A DNA stretch of 32,417 bases from Hydrurus foetidus (lineage: Eukaryota), in NCBI GenBank assembly GCA_900617105.1, contig UYFQ01000037.1:1-32417 (forward strand). The letters are read 5' to 3'. Each line of letters starts with the position of its first letter. Within the stretch, counting starts at the first letter, position 1. The translations under genes and the position numbers were made by a program. The notes beneath the pieces were generated by a model. It made no database searches. It had not been told where the DNA came from and worked only from the letters and a program-made list of their open reading frames with translations. This document shows positions 12,029 to 21,439 of this stretch, piece by piece.

Positions 12029-12179
12029 AACCCTCTGACCTCACGCAAATGAACGTTCGCCTTTCATGATTCTTCAGTATCGCCAGAACACTTCGTTACT
12101 ATAAGCATTCATGCAACGTTCCTCAAGCACATGCTATGAACAACACATCTTGCTGTGAACTTTGTCTCGAGGTAGTTTC

Positions 12180-12506
12180 TGTAGTAATATCAGTATTATG
12201 TAGACTAGATATTCCGTATACGAATTGTGATGCTATTGAACCACACGTACGATGTTGCACCAGCGCAGTACCGTACTACATACGATTGAACCAGATTAGC
12301 TACCTACTCTTTGAAACAACTACCAACCGAACTCGATAACTACTGTATTGCAGCAGTGCTAATTAACCCAATCTCGTAGCCGATACCAACTCTTCTCTTG
12401 CAAACGAATTGCGACGAGTAAAGAGCCCTCGGAGAGAGCAGTGGGGAGCTTGTGACCAGCCGTACTGGCACATACGTATGCCCTTGTGAGACCACTAATC
12501 ACAACA
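12180..12506 (+). repeat. Copia B 5' LTR (327 bp)
   Basis: TGTAGT...ACAACA; matches the 3' LTR apart from a 17-bp deletion. Confidence 0.96.
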
Positions 12507-12517
12507 TAATTAGCACT
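12507..12517 (+). promoter_or_regulatory. Candidate self-priming PBS of Copia B
   Basis: TAATTAGCACT is the exact reverse complement of AGTGCTAATTA at 12355-12365 in the LTR; no TGG tRNA PBS present. Confidence 0.7.
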
Positions 12518-12545
12518 TCATAGATTGCAACAAGAAGCTGCAACT

Positions 12546-13670
12546 ATGAAAGGGCGTGGAAACCCTCCACCACAAGGACGTGGTAAAGGAGGAGGATATT
12601 TTGGTAATCGTGGCAGAGGAGCTGGCGCTAACAACCATCTTAGGGGAAACATTTCGACTATCGGAACTTACTTAGATTTACAACCGGGAAAGGACATTGT
12701 CCCTGGTACTGTAACTAAGTTTATGGGAAAAATGAAAGAGCATGCGATGACAACTTTGAAGTCCAAAGTTAGCCTTATATTCGGTGCAGACGGCACACTT
12801 GGAGACTACCCAGTGTTAGCCATACCACCACCACCTGGGGAAGGAGCAACTCAGGATGAGAGGGACATCTGGAAGTTAGAGCGAGTAGAATACATCAAAG
12901 CTCGAACAAAATTGGAGGAGGACAAGCAGAACCTATACGGTGCAATGGTCGGACAGATGTCTGAGAATTCCAAGATCAGAGTGAAGGAAGTTACCGTAGG
13001 AGTTTAGGCCGATTCCGAGCAGGACCCTCGGAAACTAACGCAAGCCATCCTTGCAACTCATGTCGGAGATTCGACTCTTGGAGCAGAGCATCAAATGCAC
13101 AACATCCAACAACGATACGACCATCTAGTGATGCTACCTCACGAGCATCTGAGTACGTACCTGACCAACACCAAGTCTGCACTCACCGCTATCCAACAAG
13201 CTTTTGAGGCGGCTGGCAGGACGGAAATAGATGAGCTATATCCTGAGGGCAGGATGGCAGTAAAGTTTATTCTGGGACTGAATAATAACTATTCAGAGTT
13301 CAAAAACTTCTATATCAACAACTTGAAGGTGTGGCCAAACACCCTCGAGGAATCTTACAACGAGGCGTCGAAATTCAAACTGACGAAGGTTTTGAATAAC
13401 TCACCAGCTGCTATGGAACGCGCCAACGCTTTCTCAATGACTGGGAGAGGCGGCAAAAGTGGCAGAGGAGGATACCCCGGAGGACACAACGGGAAGAGCG
13501 CACCTGGCGCTAAGTGGGTGAAGGACGGAGCCGCTTCACCCGACAGCATGAGCAGCGAGAGAGGATCTCCTGCAGCTTCAGCAGCAGTTTATACTGCATC
13601 AGCCACTCCACCTAAGGGATACAAGCGGGGACCTTGTAACAACTGTGGGAAGTTTGGACACCTGGCATAG
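12546..13670 (+). pseudogene. gag: Copia B Gag (RG/RGG-rich ends, zinc knuckle), frameshifted near 13005 and broken at the knuckle
   Basis: MKGRGNPPPQGRGKGGG; KFILGLNNNYSEF; CNNCGKFGHLA* (truncated CCHC). Confidence 0.85.
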
Positions 13671-13814
13671 AGGAAACGCCGCAGACATCGTAGCACAGTA
13701 CTGGAATGAGGAAGGCGCGAGGAGCCCAGGAGGAAAATCGAATACAGCACCCGGCAAAGGAAAGGGAAAGTAAGTCTTTCACGTGATTGTTTACATGATG
13801 ACATAGATAGCGAT

Positions 13815-16800
13815 GTGAATAATAATGTGGCTAGTGTTGTAGACAAAAATGTTAAACACGTACGCATATCTAATATTGTACAAATAAAATTTATAGATGA
13901 CCAAGAATCCGTGATGGACCCCATAGCAGTAGATAGTAATGTATTTAGCATAGACATCACAGACTACCCTGATGCGTTTGGTGATGATCAATTGTTGCTT
14001 GATACATGCGCGGGCGAGTCTGTATTTAGAACTAGTACACTGTTCTATGACATTGTGCATGCCCCTACACCCATGGTAGTTAATGGAGTAAATAGTAGAG
14101 GAGAGCCAATGGTGATCACAGAGCGCGAAATGACGGACTTCGGACTAGTATACTACGACCCTAATTGTATAGCAAACATTCTATCCTTTGCAAATATGGT
14201 AAATAACTGTCACTCGGTGAAGTATATTAGTAAAGTAGATTTTTACAGTTTGCAAATTATAGAAGGAGGATGCTGTTATTACTTCAATAGGGATGTTAAA
14301 AGTAACATTTACATATGCGATCTGAATACAATGGTAAGTAAACCCAAACTTATGTTAGTTACGACTGTTAATGACAAGACAAAAAAGTACACAGTTAGGC
14401 AAGTAAAACAGGCTGAGTTAGCTAGAGAGTATCAGAGGAAATTAGGTTACGTTAGTCCAGGTCAGTTAGTTCAGCTGATTGGACAAGGTAAACTAGTTAA
14501 TAGCAACATTACAACACAAGGCGTAGTTAGGTCGTTAGATATCTGGGGTCCTGACTTGGGCTCCCTAAAGGGAAAAACGCCAAGCCATCAGGCACAGGTG
14601 GAAGAAGAGCAGCCGTTGATAGATAACATTCAAGATTTAATCCAGATAATGTACATAGACATAATGTTTGTAAACGGCAATCCATTTTTAATTGCCGTAG
14701 TAAAGCCATTAGAATATGTTGTGGGGAATAAGTTAAATAATAGAGCTAACCTTACACTGTGGACTAGCCTAGAGAGTGACATTAGACATGTTACTAAGTA
14801 TGGATTCAGACTAGACCTAGTTAGAGTTGATGGCGAAGGTGCGATCAATTCAGTATGGTTTGAAACCAAGCTAGCTAGTATAGGTACTGCATTAGATACG
14901 ACAGGTGCAGGAGAGGCAGTCACAGTAGTTGAGCGTAAGATAAGGCAGATTAAAGAGAGAGTCAGAGCAGTTATTAACACATTACCTTTTAAGTTAACCG
15001 AAAAACTAGAAGGATGGTTAGTTAGATATGCTGTTAACCGTATAGTGTTGGTTCCGACTAGGAACACTGTTGACTATGTTAGCCCTAGGGAAAAACTATA
15101 CGGTAGAAAAATTAACGTAAATAAAGAACTGAAACATGGTTTTGGTGACTACGTTCAAGTACATTCTGATAACATTGATAACAGTAACAAAGCCAGAACT
15201 TCAGGTGCCATTGCTCTAATGAGTGCAGGCAACTTTGAGGGATCTTGGTATTACATGTTACTCAATAACGAACAAATAGTTAAACGTACAAAAGCCACAT
15301 CATTACCCATTCCTGATGAAGTTATTTCTTACATTAATGGATTATCTGAAAAGAGAAACATTAACAAAAGTAATAATGCTAGTCAACCTATATTTGAACA
15401 GAATAAGCGTGTAATAGTTGATGATGGACTTGACTATGATGATGAAAATATATATGACAAAAATATGCGTAGATTCAGCCATGCAGTGACACCTAATACA
15501 GATGAAATGTACGATGATTCATAAGTCGATGAAATGAACGTACAGCATGATGCACCCGTTCCATACACAATGAACGACATAAACAACATTGATAACATAC
15601 CCGATGTATCTGACATGAATGATATGAGTGACATTAATAATAAAGATGATTATGACTACACACAGCTTGAAACTGATGACGTGAATATTGAAACAGTTGA
15701 GTATGACGATACTTTGACTGAATATTATACACCTAATGTTGATGATGTGCACAATGAACATGAAGTACTTACACCTTATCAACTATCCGATGTTACTGAT
15801 GATACGTACGCCGTTGATGATGTACTTACTGATGCACTGCCTGAGATAGAACAGCCTGCTCTGAGACGTAGCGCTAGAAATCATCAACCAGGCAGATGGG
15901 TTCCTAGGAGAGGAAATTACACTATAAGATGTAGTGCTATGAATCATGCACTATCCACCAATTTTTCATATGCTTTCAACATGACCGTTAAAGATGGCAT
16001 TGATAAGTTAGGCAATATTGCTGTAGATTCCATTAGAAAAGAAATGCAGCAGATGTGTGAAAAAGATGTTTGGGAGGGAGTGTTGATTAGCTCTCTTAGC
16101 CAGACTCAAAGAAGTAACATCATAACTAGTAGCATGTTCTTAAAGGATAAGTATACGGCGGACGGTAATTTTGACAAGCTTAAGTCTAGATTAGTAGCAG
16201 GAGGCCACTTACAAGACAGAGATATATATGACAATGGATCTTCACCAACTGTTAGTACTACTAGTGTGTTTATTGTTGCCTCAATTGCTGCCCATGAACG
16301 TAGATCGATTGTTACTATTGATTTTCCTGGTGCATTTTTGAATAGCGACATGCCTTTAGAGGGCACTCACACTGTGTATATGCGACTGAATAAATATTTA
16401 AGTGGAGTGTTGACATAAATTGATAAATCATATATTAAATATGTTAATGATAAAGGCACATGCATTGTTAAACTGAAAAAAGCATTGTATGGGTGTGTAG
16501 AATCTGCTAAATTATGGTATGATAAAATCTCACATGACTTATTATTATTAGGGTATACCGTTAACCCTTATGACATATGTGTATTTAACAGAACTGAATC
16601 AAATAATAAACAAACCACACTAATAATTCACGTTGATGACATGATGATCACATGCTGTGATGAAAAACGTGTTGATTATGTTATTGACGAAATTGAAAAA
16701 CTATACCCTGGTCTAACAAAACATCGAGGAAAAGTACTTAATTACATAGGTATGACGTTTAATTTTGGGATGGCGGGAAAGATTATTATAACCATGGAAG

Positions 16801-17588
16801 GATTCATCAAGGAGCTGCTAGAAGACTGTAAAGGAATTATAGGGGTGTCACCGACACCGGCTAAGACGGATTTATTTTCGGTTTCACCCGAAACTTCTAA
16901 CCCATTGTTAACCACTTCTGCGCGTGAATATTTTCACTCCATAACAGCCAAGTTGCTTTATCTCAGCAAAAGATCGAGGCCGGATATTCTAACGCCGGTA
17001 GCCTTCTTAACTAAGAGAGTAACCAAGCCCCAGACGGATGATATGAAAAAACTGGAACGTACCGTACAGTACATACGTGGTACTCGAGACTTAGGCCTCA
17101 CCCTTACAATTGGCGATCCAATGACTGTCATCAGCTACATTGATGCATCATATGGGGTCCATCAAGACATGAAGAGCCACACCGAAAGCACCATCACCCT
17201 TGACAAAGGATCCATCTATGCAAAAAGCTCCACTCAAAGACTTACCACCAAGTCGAGCACAGAGGCAGAGTTAGTGGGACTTAGCGATTCTGCGAATCAA
17301 GTACTATGGACCAGATACTTCATCATAGCTCAAGGATACACCAACAGACCAGCCATCATATTTCAAGACAATAAATCCACTATCCAACTTATCACCAACG
17401 GGAGATCGAACAGCGAACGGACAAGACATATCGACATCCGGTACTTTTTTCTCACCGACCGGATAAAAGAAAACGAAATTAATGTGACCTATAAACCTAC
17501 AAATGAGATGTCAGCAGATATGCTGACAAAACCCCTTCAAGGCGAGCAGTTCAGAGATCATCGAAACTTACTACTCAACATCACCTGA
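13815..17588 (+). pseudogene. pol: Copia B protease - integrase - RT - RNase H with in-frame TAA at 15522 and 16416
   Basis: LLLDTCAG; YIDIMF / RVDGEG / VVERKIR (DDE); KSRLVAGG; IDFPGAFL; HVDD at 16629-16640; YIDASYG, SSTEAE, QDNKS, ADMLTKPL. The three ORF pieces are in the same frame. Confidence 0.93.
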
Positions 17589-18124
17589 GTATTCCACTCT
17601 GACATTTTTCTTCTACCTGCGCTTTGCCAACACCTTTCTACTACTTCGGCCAAAATCAACCCTATGTATTATATGAATCTGTTTTTATGAATCTGCAATT
17701 CCAACGAATTCCTGCTGCCCTACAACATCAACCTCCAAGACCCGAACACTCAAGATACTTACACACGAGCCTACACCACACATGGTCGAGGTACATTAGC
17801 TGAAGACCCATCATGACGAAGACTCCAGCACAAACATTCCTACAATAAACTATTTCTAACCGCAAACTCTGCCAAATGCCAACTTCCTTCTATAACCGAC
17901 AATTCCAACAGCCAACTATTTCTAACAACTATAAATTCCTACAGCAAACTTCTACCATATTCCTTTCCGACTGAGATCGATTTTCAAGACACTGACGTAA
18001 CATTCCGGAGCCATTGATGAAACTTTATTTATGATTAATATTGAATGAACATGTATGAATTGATTTAACGCTTTTGAAATAATAATTGAATAAACCTGTT
18101 TGAGTTGAATACGATAACACATCA

Positions 18125-18132
18125 TAGGGGTG
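18125..18132 (+). promoter_or_regulatory. Short PPT of Copia B (TAGGGGTG)
   Basis: G-run immediately upstream of the 3' LTR. Confidence 0.6.
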
Positions 18133-18476
18133 TGTAGTAATATCAGTATTATGTAGACTAGATATTCCGTATACGAATTGTGATGCTATTATCTGTATTT
18201 CATATTTGAACCACACGTACGATGTTGCACCAGCGCAGTACCGTACTACATACGATTGAACCAGATTAGCTACCTACTCTTTGAAACAACTACCAACCGA
18301 ACTCGATAACTACTGTATTGCAGCAGTGCTAATTAACCCAATCTCGTAGCCGATACCAACTCTTCTCTTGCAAACGAATTGCGACGAGTAAAGAGCCCTC
18401 GGAGAGAGCAGTGGGGAGCTTGTGACCAGCCGTACTGGCACATACGTATGCCCTTGTGAGACCACTAATCACAACA
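18133..18476 (+). repeat. Copia B 3' LTR (344 bp)
   Basis: TGTAGT...ACAACA followed by TSD GTTTC. Confidence 0.96.
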
Positions 18477-18665
18477 GTTTCACTGTCATGAACTGTTCCG
18501 ATAGCTCTTTTGCGTGGCTATCTGTAAACTCTAATCAGAATTTAATACGTTGTACTTCACAGCTTCGTCTACTCGATAGCTCACTGAATTGAGACAGTAG
18601 CCTGCAGCTGCTTCTCCACCTTCGCTGCGAACGCTAGAAGGTGACATCTTGTATTTAGCCTTACA

Positions 18666-19062
18666 GTGCCAAAGCAAATTCATTAGCAGATCTATCGACC
18701 GAAGTCAACGTGAGCTCAGCCGAAGCTGTTGTCGCAGCCGAAGCTGGTATCGCAGCCGAAGCTGGTGAAATTGATAAGGCAGACAACGCAGAAATGACAG
18801 GCACATCAATAGCAGACGCGACCGCAGGCCCCGACGTCGGCTGAGACGCCGGCGCAGACAGGTCTCTGGCGGGGTCCTGAATCGCAGGTGATCCGGGAGA
18901 CTCTATGTCTTGGACGTTGCGCTGCGTATGCTCCAGATACGCTTTCCGTGCTGCGATGGCGATAGCGCGAGGCTGAGCTCGTCTTAAGATGGCGCTGGTG
19001 TTTTCGGTGGTGTTGGAGGTTGCCTAAGCAGAGGCTTTGGCACGGATACGGCGAATTGCCAT
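18666..19062 (-). pseudogene. gag: Gypsy G1 gag N-terminus (continues near 11445 once the solo LTR is removed)
   Basis: MAIRR...LRRAQPRAIAIA...ESPGSPAIQDPARDLSAP...DVPVISALSALS aligns with G2 MALRR...LRRKQQPRAVAVA...ESPGPPAAQDPAGDLSAP...DIPVISALSALS; one TAG stop; 3 x 18-bp repeat at 18717-18767. Confidence 0.85.
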
Positions 19063-19138
19063 GCTCCAAAAAATTTCCCGAGAAGAGATGGAAGAATAGA
19101 AAGAAAGAATTTTGGTCGTAGGAACCAAATATCGATAT

Positions 19139-19403
19139 TATGATCGTTGGTGACCTGAGGACGTTGGACGAGGACGATGGGCGAGGACGGAGGACGAAAG
19201 ACGAAGACAGAGAACGTGGAAGAGTATTCTTATAGATTACAGCGAGAAACAAGCAGTAGTATCTACAGTGATGTGCACTCGCGTGGAAACGAAACGAAAA
19301 GAAAACTGTACCGGACTTCGGGTCCGTTCTAGAATCTACAGTACGGGTATAGTATACAGTCACAGTGTATCCGTACATACAGTACAGATGCAGTGAGGCT
19401 ACA
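19139..19403 (-). repeat. Gypsy G1 5' LTR (~265 bp; inner end inferred)
   Basis: Starts TGTAGCCTCACTGCATC like the G2 LTR (TGTAGCCTTATTGCATC); ends GATCATA versus G2 GACCACA, before the shared ATATCGATATT. Confidence 0.7.
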
Positions 19404-19752
19404 CCAACGTGATCGTTCATGTCTCCAATCATTCTAGATCATTTTACTATCTTATGTCTAGTCACATCATTGGTGAAGGCGATCAAAAGAAATTTGGGCA
19501 TTTTGCGTGTATCATAGTCATTTTCAAAAAATTTGAAATAATTTTAACAGTATTTTTGGAAATTCAACACCTCCAGCCTTATGGTTTATCGCAGCTACTT
19601 GGTGAACGGCTAGTTAGTAGAATAGATTTGTGCCATTAAACACTCCACTTAAATCATTCGTTAGTTTTAACCCGGATCCCTGCAATTCTGGAGCCATATC
19701 ATTTGACCTTTCTCCATATAGAGGTGGAACCAGCATAAAGGTTTATCCCCCA

Positions 19753-20060
19753 ATATGAACGTATACGCGTAAGTACAGTGGCACTCACGTATGGACGCCC
19801 ATACATCTATATACTACGCTACAGGCGATCGTACACACGCACATATTCACTATATACGTACATGTGTAAGTACGTATGCGTACGTACGCAGAAATGAGTA
19901 TGCACTAACATGTGTAAGTAAATGTGTACGTGTTCGTGTTAGCATATCTACTTATGTACTTACGTACGTACGTGCCGCATAACGCACACGTATGTATTTG
20001 TGACTACATTTGCAACTAAATTGCTACAGAAATAACTTGATAGAATCAGGTAGTCTGACA
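19753..20060 (-). repeat. Diverged, truncated Copia C-family LTR
   Basis: TGTCAGACTACCTGATTCTATCAAG... homologous to 11451 onward; lacks one internal segment; no PPT upstream. Confidence 0.85.
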
Positions 20061-20755
20061 CTGGGGTAAACCAGGCTATCATTACTAAAGCACCCAAAAG
20101 GGCTACAGATGTGTATGATGAGCCGAAAGTGGTGTGGGTTGTGGTTGTTGAAACCGTCCGTATGTCGTATGTACATTACGGTACTGCGCGTGCAATTGAT
20201 CGTACACTGACTGAAGATGAAGCCAGAACTGTGAATTGCATTTCCTTCTCATCAATTTTGATAATATTCCATAGAGCATTCCCTCACTATTCCTCCTCTG
20301 CCAACAACACCTCATAAATCTGAAATTCAAAGAATCAGAATGGAGCAGAAGTGTTATTGTAAGTATCACAGTTGTATCGACAGTGATTAGGTCAGATAAA
20401 TGAGAGGACTGCAATGCATTAAACAAGATTAGTAAACTCAGATGCGTCTCAAAAATGATCGGACCTCTGAACTGTTACAAGAAAATTTTCAAAACTGAAT
20501 GAAACGCTGTTTAAGAGGCTAGTGAATTTTTTCTATCTATCACAACTTCTTGGTGAGTACAGCACAACTCTCACAATACGAACTGTTAACTTTTGACCCA
20601 ATAAAAATCGTACTAATATACATCTGGTACTATTAAAAATTGTTTTTACTTTGTAGAACACTTTACTGTTTAATATGAATCTATAATTTCAATGTGGACT
20701 TCGCACTTATCCAATCTGATGTTACAGTGAGAAACTGTTTTAATTGTTTTTTCTC

Positions 20756-21059
20756 AATTCCGCTGAGGAATCGGTGCAGACAGGTCGCCGGCGGGGTCCT
20801 GAGCCACAGGTGGCCCAGGAGACTCTGCGTCTCCACCACGATTGTGGTGCTCGTCATAGCGTTGTCGGAACGCGACGGCTACAGCACGGGGTTGCTGTTT
20901 TCGTCGAAGGGCGTTGATGGAGGCTGTCTTCTTTTCTTGACGGCATAGCGCCATAACTTTGACGTGATGGATAAAGTTGGGAAAGAGTCGAAGGTAAAAG
21001 TTGGAAAAGAGAAAAAACTTTCTCGGAGGAAACTTCGGTAGATGACCGAATATCGATAT
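20756..21059 (-). mobile_element. Second copy of the G2 leader and first ~66 gag codons, downstream of the G2 3' LTR
   Basis: Nearly identical to 25890-26193; ends abruptly at ...CAGCGGAATT. Confidence 0.88.
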
Positions 21060-21262
21060 TGTGGTCTGACGGCGGGGCCTAGGACGGAAGGCGAAGTTTG
21101 GCGGAAAATGGACAAACGAAGGCGAGTGAAAACAAAGATGTGATAATATGAATAATGAAGGTGATGTGTACGCTAAGAGCACTCACGATATAAAAGACCT
21201 AAATGGAATCTGGATAATTAATATATGTAAATAACACAGATGATATAATGCAATAAGCTACA
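21060..21262 (-). repeat. G2 3' LTR (heavily deletion-corrupted)
   Basis: TGTAGC-TTATTGCAT after the PPT; collinear with 26194-26456 but with many short deletions. Confidence 0.75.
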
Positions 21263-21439
21263 CTACCCCTTCTTAAAATAAGAGAAAACGAAATGATATA
21301 AAAAAAAGATATTAAAGTATATGATTATATATAGATAAACTTGAAACGATTAAAGACTTTTAGATAACACTCCAAAAGATTGAAGGTAAAAGAAAGAGAT
21401 GGATAAAAGGGATATATAACAACGGTGTTGATTATTGAT

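Larger units (their letters stand above)
12180..18476 (+). mobile_element. Ty1/Copia LTR retrotransposon 'B', full length, CoDi-like
   Basis: LTRs 12180-12506 and 18133-18476; TSD GTTTC (12175-12179, 18477-18481); Gag-PR-IN-RT-RH order. Confidence 0.96.
11451..18665 (+). mobile_element. Solo LTR of Copia C (~913 bp: 11451-12179 + 18482-18665), interrupted by Copia B
   Basis: TGTCAG...CCTTACA flanked by TSD GTGCC (11446-11450, 18666-18670); first ~420 bp match the Copia C 3' LTR (26457-26879, minus). Confidence 0.92.

Noticed and set aside
17589..18124. env-like or extra ORF in the Copia B 3' region
   Set aside because: No sense ORF of 60 aa or more in the track; only short degenerate A/C-rich repeats.
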